A stretch of 64,000 bases of DNA, taken from Rebecca billardiae RCC1528. Lineage: Eukaryota; Protista; Haptophyta. Under the pieces are notes generated by a model that saw only the letters and a program-made list of their open reading frames with translations, did not search any database and was not told where the DNA came from. Shown piece after piece: positions 11,377-22,073 of this stretch (positions within the stretch are counted from its first letter, which is position 1; every line of letters begins with the position of its first letter). A program made the translations under genes and the position numbers. The stretch is from contig OZ251222.1 of the NCBI GenBank assembly GCA_965240325.2, positions 3,162,001-3,226,000 of the forward strand. Reading direction: 5' to 3'.

Positions 11377-12009
11377 ATGCGCCGCACATCCCGCCCGAAT
11401 GCGCCAACACAGGCTACCGAGGACGCGCCGCATCAGCAGCTCCTGGCCGCTTTGCGGGTGTTAGCCGACGCGCACGAGCAGCTATGCCGGGCGTTCGACC
11501 TGATCAGCGTGCCCCTGGCGGCAGTCTCAGGCCAACCGCTCGATGGGATCGATGCGCAGACCTCCCGGAGATTGGCCGCGCACACGAGTGAGCTCGCGAC
11601 TCTGTCAAAGGACGCCGCGACTGCAATCCAAGACGTCGACCTCTCGAGTGTGGATGCGAGCATCCACGCGCTCAACGCCTCGCGCGAGCAGCAGGAAGCG
11701 GCTCGCGCCAACTTGGCTAAGCTGCAAGATGCGCTCGCCAAAAAGAAGAAAGGGGATGCCAAGCTCGAGGCGGAGATCAAGACCGCGACTGAGCAGCACG
11801 AGCGGGCCCAGCAAGCGACGCAGCTGAGCGAGGCCAGGGCTGCGGCCGTCGCTGCAACGGCCATCCCCATGTTGCTCAAGCAGCTCGCACATACTGAGCT
11901 CACGTGCCAAGCACGCTCGCTGGAGATACTCACATCCTCGAACGCCCTGATACCCGAGCCTGCACCCTACGCAGAGCCACAGCTGGCTGCTGCTGGTCCT
12001 GCCCCTTGA
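11377..12009 (+). CDS. Coiled-coil protein, possibly BAR/FAM92 (CIBAR)-like
   Basis: All-helical ORF with coding-like codon usage; C-terminal LLKQLAHTELTCQARSLEILT is reminiscent of the last FAM92 helix. Family call is weak. Confidence 0.45.
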   Translation: MRRTSRPNAPTQATEDAPHQQLLAALRVLADAHEQLCRAFDLISVPLAAVSGQPLDGIDAQTSRRLAAHTSELATLSKDAATAIQDVDLSSVDASIHALNASREQQEAARANLAKLQDALAKKKKGDAKLEAEIKTATEQHERAQQATQLSEARAAAVAATAIPMLLKQLAHTELTCQARSLEILTSSNALIPEPAPYAEPQLAAAGPAP

Positions 12010-12313
12010 AAGTTGAATGATTGGCCGTCCCAGCCACGCAGTGTCGGTGACTGGTGAGTGTGCAGACTGAGCCCGAGCGGGATGGCGCGGATTGACTACT
12101 GACTACCCGGAGTGACGTGAGTCGTGACTACTGCGTGCGATGAAGGATGGCGCGGCAACCTGCCAGGCTGCCACCGTGAGCCTTAGATGCCACGTTAAAA
12201 CAAATCTGACCGTGATTCGTGCCACCTACGGAGCCGGGGTCACGGAGCCCCACTGGGCGGGGTGCGTGGCCCAAAATCCAACTTCCTGTCGTCTTGAGAT
12301 GAGGCTCTCAAAC

Positions 12314-12589
12314 CAAGGGGCTTACAAAATACCACTGGGGGCGAAACACAGCTGTCGGATGCGAGGCTCCTGAGACGGACAGTGTCCGGTCAGTGGAAAA
12401 CACTGTGGAGTGTGGGCGAAGTTTGAATCCGGGAAAGCGGGTAATCTGTCGAGCCATCTCGTATTCTTTCAAGGCATTCCGGTCTTTTTTTCATACGAGC
12501 TCCCGGACACTATCCGTCTCAGGAGCCTCGCATCCGACGGGGCTCCTCACTGGCGCTTTCGCCCCCAGTGGTATTTTGTAAGCCCCTTG
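12314..12589. repeat. Fold-back inverted repeat inside a lower-GC, transposon-like island (~12.2-12.93 kb)
   Basis: 12314-12346 is the perfect reverse complement of 12557-12589 (33 bp); 12354-12389 pairs with 12503-12538 (36 bp, 1 mismatch). Confidence 0.9.
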
Positions 12590-13983
12590 CTCAAACTTCG
12601 GGATGTCAATATTCGCCTGAAATGAGCTGGGGTCACGCTGACAAGTTTTTGCGAAAAAATGTCACATACTGGAGATATACGATCTCAATCTCGACGCGAT
12701 CTCGGCAACATTAGTAGGGGAGATACGCGATCTCCAAGGTGATCTCGCTATTTGCACCAGAATCGCACCGTCTAGATCACATTTTGGCAGTCTGAAATTG
12801 GCACAGGCGGATTCTACACCCTGGAATTAAGCCTAAACGAACTTAAACGGACTCAAACAGTTACAAACCGAGGAGATATTTCATATTTCGAGATTTCGGG
12901 AGATTGTGTCACTCGGGAGTGTAACGGTCGGAGCTCTGACCCCACTATGACGTGAACCGTACGTAGTCTCGGTAGCTACTGGCCGCGTGCCCCGAAGTGA
13001 CCGAGTACTACTGACTCCGGAGTCGGGCCGCGGCCGGCACCGCTGGCCGCTGGGCCCGCTGGCCCTGTCAGGCCTGCGTGTATCAGCCATCATCCTTACC
13101 CTGTCGGCTCAGTCCGCGCTTGCGGCTTGGCCCGTTATTGGGCGGTGCGGGTCGGCCAGTCCGGGGGCTGATCAGTTAGATTGGCGTCAGGTCGGACCCT
13201 CACTTTAATTAACGGACTGCGCCGCGCGGTGCGCGGTAACTAACTATACCAGCGAACTTCCAGTTCCATCACAGGTCCATCACTTGATAATGAGATGCCG
13301 GCAGCCTGCAGCTGACAGCTGTTATTTATGTAACTATAGACAGTGTCAATGATGGAATAACTCGGAGTCGGTGTCTACTGTCTGACACGCGGTCGCACAG
13401 CAGAAAGTGACTAGTCAGCAGTAGCTTATTAGTTATAATTAATTTAATCAAGCCGCCGAGCAGGTGTTAGGCGGACTACGACTACGCCGCCCGACTCACA
13501 CAGACCGTAGTAGCCTCTTAGAACGTCCGCGGCGGACGGACCGCCAGCCGGGATGTCAGGGATGGCGCGTCAGTGGCGTCCGTGCGTCCGGTCCTGGGAC
13601 GTACTTTCCGCGGACGTTCATCAATGATCAATCGGGCCGGGGCCTGAGCCGTGAGAATCATGTCCGATGATCTCGACTGAGTCTCAATAATAGTGGCTGA
13701 GACTGCTGAGACGGCTCGTGACACGAGCTGACTCTGACTTCTGAGTCGGGCGTCGGCGGTCATCGGTCCACAGCGCGGAGTCGCCCGTCGCGACCGTCCT
13801 ATGCTCGGGCCGTGATGCCAGCACTCGTCGTAATCCGACTCTGGCAACGGTGTTGCCAGTGAGTGAGCGGTCGGCACTCGGCGGTACCAGGCGACGATGC
13901 TCCGAGGAGTCCGACGAGACACTGCCCACACCATCACAGGCGCGGCCATTGGCCCGGACCGCTGCGGCAACACGCGCACGGCC

Positions 13984-14505
13984 TCAATCGTTCTTACTCA
14001 TCGACGCCTTCGCCGTGGCTCGTGCCGACCTGCTCTGCTTCAGCTCGGCTCGCTTAACCTGCACGAGCAGGCCAGCCGACGTGCGGAGCGCGAATATGAT
14101 GATCAGGAACGCATCCCCCAACAAGGGTGCGCTCCACAGCACCGAGATGAAGACGCCATGCTTGTCAAAGTAATCCTGGCCTGCGAAGGCACGCCAGTGC
14201 TCTGCGCCCAGATGGTTCAGCCGCTCGGATGCGTACACCGCCGCGAGGATGATAAGGAAGAGCACGGTCTGCACATTCATGTTGTTCCGCGATGCGACGA
14301 CAGTCACCCATGCAGCAACGTGGAATGCGGCGAGAGCTTTGAACCAAGGCTCGGAGAAGTCGACGGCGTGGATGAAGCCCATCGCATCGTTGTATAGGGA
14401 CGACTTCGCCTCACCGAGCTTGCTCGCGACCTCGCTTGCGACTGCATCGAGCAGATGCACGGGCGCTTCCGCCAACGACGGCGCCCCATCGGCTGAGGAC
14501 GCCAT
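13984..14505 (-). CDS. TMEM18: Transmembrane protein 18
   Basis: FIHAVDFSEPW...SERLNHLGAEHWRAFAGQDYFDKHGVFISVLWSAPLL signature. Confidence 0.9.
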   Translation of the reverse strand: MASSADGAPSLAEAPVHLLDAVASEVASKLGEAKSSLYNDAMGFIHAVDFSEPWFKALAAFHVAAWVTVVASRNNMNVQTVLFLIILAAVYASERLNHLGAEHWRAFAGQDYFDKHGVFISVLWSAPLLGDAFLIIIFALRTSAGLLVQVKRAELKQSRSARATAKASMSKND

Positions 14506-14637
14506 CGTGACTTTCTGGACGCGTCGGCGAGACCGGCTCACCGCCGCACCGGCACTGGGCAGACGCTGGCTTTCGTGCTCGTGACCCAGTGCGGGCGCGC
14601 CGCCGCTCGCCAGCCGGGGGCGGCGGCGACGACAACG

Positions 14638-17245
14638 ATGGCGGGCCACGGCCCTCAGCTGAATGCGTGGTCGTGTCAGGTGGTGCTCGTCGCGAGCAAG
14701 GTGCTGCGCGTGCTCGCCATCGGCAATGCGGCGGAGCTGCTTCGTGGCGTGATGAGCCTCCGCCTCTTCGTCTTCGTCACGTATGCAGTCGCGGGCATCA
14801 GCTTTGCGCTGACGCACCGCCCGTGGCGCTCGCGACGGCCCCTCGCACGCTGGAGGCTCGTGCGCGTGGGTGCGCACGCGGTGGCGCTGGTGGGGTCGTT
14901 CGCATTGTGGAGCCTGGGGCTGCAACGTGTGGGCGTCCTGCACACCGTGCTCTTCGACCACGCCGAGCTGTGGACGGTTTGCGCGGTCGCCCTCTGCACT
15001 CGGCCGGGACCGATGCGCGAGCAGCGCGCAAAGGGCACGGCTCTGGTGGGTTTGGGATACGCGCTTCTGGCGGCTGGCGCATTTGTCTGGCCGTGGCAGC
15101 CGCAGCAGCAGAGTGCTACCGGGGCGCCTACGAGCGGCGCTGCTTTCGGCATCGCCGCGCTGCTGCTCTCAGCTCTCGTCAACGTCGCGCGAGCGCACTC
15201 GGTGCGCAAGCTCGTGTCCGAGGTGGGCGGGCACAAGCGGCTGCACGCGCTGGGCACGTGCGCAGGGGCGGTGCTATGGCCAGCGCTCTGCCTGCTGCCG
15301 CCGCCTTGGCCCTCCGTCGGCCTCGACAGCGATGGTGGCGGCGGCGGCGGCGGCAGCCGGCAGCTTGGCGCATCATCGCTGCTCGGCGCGTGCGCGGGCG
15401 CGCTGGTGATGGTGGTGGGCAGCTACTACGCCGACGCCCTCGCGCACACGCGCATGCCGCCCGCGCAGCCCGAACGGAACAGCCTATACACCTCCGTTAC
15501 CGCCGCGCTCGCCCTCGACGCCCTGGGCGAGTGCCGGGCGTGGCGGTCGCCGTGCGCGCTCGGCGCGACCGCGCTCGTGCTGAGCGGTGCGCACACGCTG
15601 CTGCGGGGCGAGGTGCCCGCCGCCGAGCTCGGGCCGCTCTCCGGCGTGCTGAGCGCGGCCAGCGGCGGCGGGAGCATCCGGCTGCCGCTGCACGCGCGCG
15701 TGAGCACCGCCGCCGGCGTCGACCTCGCCACGCTCTCCGCGCAGCTGCGCCAGCTGTGGGCGCGCCGCACGACGCGCCGGCTGCTCGTGTATCTGTGCAT
15801 CAACTTTGCATTCACGCTCGTGGAGGCGTCGCTCGGCCGCTCGAGCCACTCGCTCTCGCTGGTCTCGGACGCGTGCCACATGCTGCTCGACTGCGCCGCG
15901 CTGGCCATCGGCCTCTTCGGCGAGGTCGCCTCGCGCTGGCAGCCGTCGGGCGAGCACACGTTTGGCTACGCCCGGTTCGAGGTGGTGTGCGCACTCGCCA
16001 ACGCGGCGCTGCTGCTGCTCACCGCGCTCGCGCTGGCGCGGGAGGCGTGCGCGCGGGTGCTGCTCCGCGCACCCGCCGTCGACTCGTCTCGGCTGCTCCC
16101 CGTCGCCGTCACCGGGCTCGGCGTCAACCTCCTCGGCATCTTCTTCTTCTCGGAGCACCACGTGCACTTGACGGCGGCCGACGCGTGTGGCGTGTGCACG
16201 ACGGCTGGGGACGCGGCGCGAGCGCACTCGGCCAACATGGCGGCGGTGCTGCTGCACGTGGCGGCGGATGCGCTCGGCTCGATCGGGGTGATCATCTCCA
16301 GCCTGCTCATCCGCACGCTCGGCTGGACGCTTGTGGTACCGAGCGCGCCCGCGAGCCCACGCGCCCTGCCGCCACTGCTCGGCAGCGCAGGGGCCTGCCT
16401 CACCAGCGCGCCGCGCCGCGCGCTCCCCCGCTCGCCCGGCCGCGGTGCGCAGGACCCACTCTGCTCGATGCTCATCTCCGCGCTCATCTTTGCCTCGGCA
16501 TGGCCGCTCTTTGCGCAGTCCGCGGCCGTGCTCATGCAGCGCACGCCGTACATGCTCGAGGGCCCACGGCTGGACGCCTGCCTGTCAGCTGTGCGCGCCG
16601 TTGACGGCGTCGAGGTGCGCACGCGGGGCGGCGCGCGGCGCACCACGGTTGCGCTCTCCGCGCGCGCGCGGAGAGCGCCGCGCATGCGCGCTCCGCGCGC
16701 GTGTTTGACGCGCATCCCCCGCGCGCGCGTCCGCGCGTGCGCAGGCGGTGGCCGACCACGCCTTCTGGATGCTCACGCTGAGCCATAACGTGGGCACGGT
16801 CACCGTGCGCGCGTGCGACGGCGTGCGCTCCGGAGAGCACATCGTCGCTGGTGTGAAGGCGGCTGTGAAGCGATTCGGCATCGATGCACTCACTGTGCAG
16901 GTCAACTTTGCGGATGAGCGTGGTGGCGCCGCGGGGGAGGGCGCAATGGAAGGCGCAGCGGTCTGCGCCGGCCTCCAGCACGTGTCACTCGGGGAGAGCG
17001 GCGTCGCGCCGAAGACGCCCGCTCGTCAGCGTGCCACGCCGATCGGGGCGGGCGGACCGCCATCTGCGGGCGGGGTGGCGGCTTCCTGCACCACGGGCGG
17101 TCGTCCGCAGCGCAGCCCGGCTGTGCTGGATGCGTCAGACCGTGTGTCTAACGCCTCTAACGGGCCCGCGGCGAGGACGGCGAGAGACAGCGGTGCCGTC
17201 GCCGACTTGGCAACACTGCCCTCGTCATCTCCCAAGGACCAATGA
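14638..17245 (+). CDS. Cation diffusion facilitator zinc transporter (ZnT5/ZnT7/Msc2-like); introns 16336-16452 and 16615-16744
   Basis: N-terminal multi-TM region, then SLVSDACHMLLD, TFGYARFEV, NMAAVLLHVAADALGSIGVIIS, DPLCS, LMQRTP, HAFWML. GT-AG introns restore the frame. Confidence 0.88.
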
Positions 17246-17467
17246 CGCCGCGCGCAGCGCCGCGCGGTGATGATGCAGCGGCTGCAGGTGACCGACTGCC
17301 ACTCCCACTGGCGGCGGCATCGATATCATCGACGACTACAATCGAACTACATCAGCGCGCATCAGCAATCATCACATCGTATCAGGCGCTGCGCGTTATA
17401 TTGGTCACGCGCGCGCAATGTTATATCGTCATGTTCATCGTATCATCATGTTAAAATTATTATGCCG

Positions 17468-17470
<3 letters not shown>

Positions 17471-17543
<73 letters not shown>
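17471..17543. repeat. (TA)n microsatellite abutting the left edge of the mobile-element region
   Basis: Directly visible. Confidence 0.97.
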
Positions 17544-17550
<7 letters not shown>

Positions 17551-18979
17551 GCACGGCCCCCCCCGAAAGGTCTGAGCGTGAGCGAAAGCCGGGGGGGGGC
17601 GGCGCACGTGCTCCGCAAAATCAAAAAGAGGATGCGCGCAGGATTTTGGGGATTTTTGTGGGTGGCCTTACCGTACGTATGAGTGGATTTCGCTGCCAAT
17701 GATTGCGTTTGTAGTAGATGCTAATTTTAACGATAGTAACACTTAGGGGAATGCCGGGTGGAATAGCATATAACACCAGCCGTGTGTTCGAACATTCCGT
17801 CATAGTAAGATGCTTGAATTGTAAGAGCCTGAAACAGCTCGCCAACCATAGAAAAGAGAGGTTGAGTCAGATTTTATGTCGCTTGAAGTAAAGAATTATT
17901 ATGCCGGCATCTGCACAGTGCCGGAAAACTGCTCAGGGTGACGTTTTAAGTTGTCCGCACCACTAGTCGAATCATCGGACAATTCTGAAGCGGTGCGCCT
18001 AAATTCGGCGCACCATAGGCGCGTCGAATCGTGGCACAGACCTTGGTAGCAGGCCACACCTGAGCGCGCTGCGCGCGCCGACGCGCGCTCGGCGCGGGCA
18101 AAAAATCATGCGCCGTTGGCATTACGCAGCCCCGCGCAGCGCTGTGCTCGAGCTCGGCGGCGGCGAAAGCGGGCGGGCGCACACGGCGGTGCCCGTGCGC
18201 GCTGCTCCGAGCGCAGCTGCGGCCACCCCGGCGGCATACCGCCGGTCGAGGGCACGAAAACCGATTTTTCGGGAAAATGCAGAGCAGCGGCGCCCGAGCG
18301 CGCCCGAGCTCGTCGCAGCACAGTCTCCTGGTGGCTGCGCCCCGTGAAGCCACGCCACGCGGGGCGCTGGCGTGCGCGTGGCCTGCGCCCACCGTGCGCT
18401 GCCCGATCATGGCCGTCGACCGCTCCGAGCGCCTCACCACGCGTGCTCGAGCCCACCGATACTGACGCCCGAGCACGGTGCCGGCAGCGCTCGCAGGTGG
18501 GCGTCGGAGAAAACACGCCGGCCGAACGAGCTTGAAGCGTCCGCCGCGATGCCAACGGCAGCGGACGACGTGCGCGCCACCTCGGCGCCAGTCGCCCAGC
18601 CCTTGCGCGGCGGTGCGGGCTCGCTCGTTCGCCGCCATCAGCTGCGCGCGCGCAGCCCGATCACTGCCCGCTGGTTCTGTTGTCGAGCAGCTGCGGCCTG
18701 CCACGCGCACTGCCGGACATTGAGCCACAGCGCGAGCACGCGCCTCGTCTGGCACGCGCGAGCACTCAGCATCGTGCGTGGCCACCATGACGCGCCCATC
18801 TGCGCCAGCAGCGATGAGCACGCCGCCGTTCAGCTCGCATCGGGCTCGCTCGCGACGCAGCAACGCGCGGCCGTAGCGGCAGCAGCGGCGCCGTCGAGCA
18901 CGCGCAGCAAACAAATATGCAGCGCGGGCGAGTCGACGGTCTGGAAAATGCGCGATCACGCCACAGCAGGCTGGCAGAG

Positions 18980-19660
18980 CCCGCCCGAGCTGCAGCATGC
19001 CGTAGGTGCTGCCCCAAGCTCTCGACTGCCCGTAAGCGGCGGCATGTGCGGCGGCGCCGGCGGCGGCCATGCTGCCACGCCGTTGCGCGCCGCGGGGCGC
19101 CGTCGGCACCTCTGTGGTGAAGCGCACAGAGCTCGAGCCCACGGGGGCTGGCGACCGTCAAACCGACACCCCATGACGCGGGGCTGCGTGCGCCAGCTGC
19201 GCGCACTCCGTGGGCCCACCTAGCCCGCTCGAGCAGCTCGCCTTGGGTGCGCGCAGCGGCTCGAGCACACTGGTATGGGACGCCTGCCTGCGGTGCCGCC
19301 GAGCACATGCGGCCGACGGTCACTCAGCACGGGCGACTCGACGGCGGCGAGCAGGCGCGACGGCCTCGCCGCGCCGCGGAAAAGCCTGCCCGGGCTGCAG
19401 CACGCCGTAGGAGCAGCCCAGCGCCCTCCTCCGCCCTCCAGCTTCGGCGCGCGCAGCAGGCCCGGCGGCGGCCATGCTGGCGTGCCCAAGCATGAAGATG
19501 GGCGCGGCCGGCCGCGCCGTCGCAAAGCGCGCAGAACTCGAGCTCGGGGGGGCGGACGGCCGCCAAACTGGCGCGGCAGGACGTGGCACTGCGTGCGCCA
19601 GCTACGCGCACCCGCTGCGCCCGCGTGGCCCGTGCGAGCGCCGCGCCTCGAGCACACGCA
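18980..19660 (+). repeat. Diverged tandem duplication, ~405-bp period (18980-19270 / 19385-19660)
   Basis: Collinear anchors in both copies: GCTGCAGCAyGCCGTAGG, GGCGGCGGCCATGCTG, CTGCGTGCGCCAGCTrCGCGCAC, CTCGAGCACAC. Confidence 0.75.
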
Positions 19661-19967
19661 GCTGCTCGACACAGCCACGGCAGTGTGGCTTGTGCGCGTG
19701 CACGTGATCAGTCTCAGCTCTGAGGCGCGCGCTCAGGAGGGCTGCGGCCGGGCCGAGCGCGATCTGCGCGGACGGTACAGCCTGGCGGCTCATGCCAGCC
19801 AGCCCAAAGCCCGCTCCGCCATCCGCGTCATGGCGCTCCAGCCTCTCGCGTGCTGCGCTGCAGCCGCGCTCGGCAAAGACGTCGCCCAGCCCGCCTTGCA
19901 CGCGGCTGAGCAGTGGCAGCCAGGCGAAGCGTCGTCGCGGGCGAGGCTGCGCTGGGTGATGCGGCTC
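19585..19967 (+). repeat. Left arm of a long degenerate inverted repeat; right arm at ~31908-32365
   Basis: GTGATCAGTCTCAGCTCTGAGGCGCGCGCTCAGGAGGGCTGCGGCCG (from ~19704) is the reverse complement of the sequence ending ~32223; similarity continues on both sides. Confidence 0.85.
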
Positions 19968-22073
19968 GGGTCGGTGGGCAAGTCGCACCCCGCCGTCGGT
20001 CGCCTCCACGCCTCAGGCTCGCTCGAGGTCAAAGACAACTGCGCGGCGCGGCGTTTGCGCGGGCGGGCCGCGGGCGTGGCGGGGTGTACGCGTGCAATGT
20101 CACAGCCTCCCACACAATTTCAGGAGGGTGAGACGCACCGCCAGCGGCACCCGCACACAATCCCACCCTGCGCGAGCCACCTGCCGTGTCGACTGAAGCA
20201 TCAGGCTCGGGCGCAACCGCGGGCGGTGCATGCAAGAAGCTCGCGAAACGCACCGCGCGCGCCGTGAGGGCGAAAGGAGAGCACCCGTCAGGGCGGCGAG
20301 GAACTTGCCCAGCGCCACGCGGAAGACGACCCCAGCCCGCGTCGACGCATAGTCGGGCCCGCGAGCAGCCTCGTCGGTCTTCGCCGAGTAGATCGCGCCG
20401 CGAGCCGAGGCACCGCTCGTTTGAGGCTCCGTCCGCCGCGAAGTCGCGGCTTCCACCCGAGTTCCACTGTCCGGCCGAGACCGGATTCGCTGACTCGAGC
20501 TGCGGACCGTCCGAAGCGTCACGGAAAATTCCAATCCTGCACTGTGTGAAGTCATGATTCATGAACCGTCGCTTCTCAGTGGCGGATATCATCAGGTTAA
20601 GGCCGTTATTAACTCGTTAAGCCCCTTGTTAAAAGCCCCTTGATTACCCTTGATTCATACACGGGTAATATCTTTTAAAGCCGAAAGGCGCTCAAAATAC
20701 CCAAGTGGGCACTGGGTGCCGGGTGGCCCGCGAAGTAAAGTACAGTTTACTATTCTGGAAACCCACGAGAACAAAGGCACGACTTCACGCTGGGGACCAG
20801 CCCGTCGCGGGCCTTTATTTGACGCCCACTCACGTGTCGGTCACATAAGCGCAATTCGCGTACCCGCTTACGCGCGCGATAGGGCAAAAGCCGCTCGTCG
20901 TTCGGTCAAAAACCGCTCGTCGTTCGGCGCTTTGCGTGCTCACATTCGCGCGAATCGCATCGGCCCATTATTCGTCGTGTCGCGAGTTCACACATGTCAC
21001 GAGCGAAAGGGCGCGTTGATAGAGGCACGCGGGTATCATCTTGCATTGGACTACGAGCATCGGAGCAACCTCGCGCGGCCTCGCGTCGACGACGTCCCGT
21101 GAAGGACGCCACGACGACAGGCGGGTGAGCCCACTGCGGCGCCAAGCGAGCGACGCGGGGCGCGCGGCGGGCGCACGCGCGAGGCTGCCCACCACGCGCA
21201 CGCGCGCGAACCCGCCGGCTCGGGCGACACGCGCCGCCTCAGCTCGAGCACGAGCGCGAGGCGTGGCGCCGGCTCGCCGTGGCGGCGGAGGGCTCGACCT
21301 GCATTGCGCGCGACGAGCGGCTCGCCTGCGGTGCCAGCGGATGAAGCGGCAAGCCCGGCGGGCGCATACGCGCAGGTCCGCCCTCCACGCGCGAGCGCGC
21401 GACTGCGTGTTCCACGAGCTGCAGCAGGCGGCCGCGGGCTGGTCGGCGGCCGGCGAGGTCGGCGGAGTGCCGCCCGGCCCGCGTTCTCGCTTGGGCGCGG
21501 GCCACACTCTCACTCACAGCGCGGGGCGTGGTGCTGCAGACGGGCCGGTCATTGCAGCGCGCACTCCGTGGTCAGACGTGCACACGCGCGCGCGTCGTCA
21601 GCCCCGCCGCTGCGCCCCTGTGGCGCCCTTGGCAGCGTCGGAATTCCGAGCTCGAGCCACCGGCCGCGAGCTGCCATCGTGCGTTTCAGAAACAGGTTTC
21701 CAGCCCAAGTTGACGCGCAGCGCCAACCCATATGGCGGGCCGTTGGCGGGCCGTAGGTCCGCCCCTTGTAGTGCCCGGGAAAAAGATAAGAAAAAGAAAA
21801 TGAAAAAAGAAAATCGCCTCGCAAAGAAAAGAAAATCGCCTCGCTCACTGCCGGGTCGCTTCGCTCACTACCGGGCGCCCTCGCAGCTCCCACTGGGGAC
21901 GCTCGGCCGAAAACCATATGGCGCCTGGCGCGGAGCGCGTGGGCCGCGCGCGCCGAATCCAACGCCGGCGCGGACATCGCGCGAGGATTCCCTAGACGGG
22001 TTTTCGCCCGATTCGCGATTGCTGCCCTCGTCGTCTCGCGTGCAGTCGAACGGGGCCCAAATCGACCCGTTTG

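Noticed and set aside
17946-22070. ORFs in the region upstream of RepHel
   Set aside because: No coding-like composition or motifs; better explained as repeated non-coding sequence.
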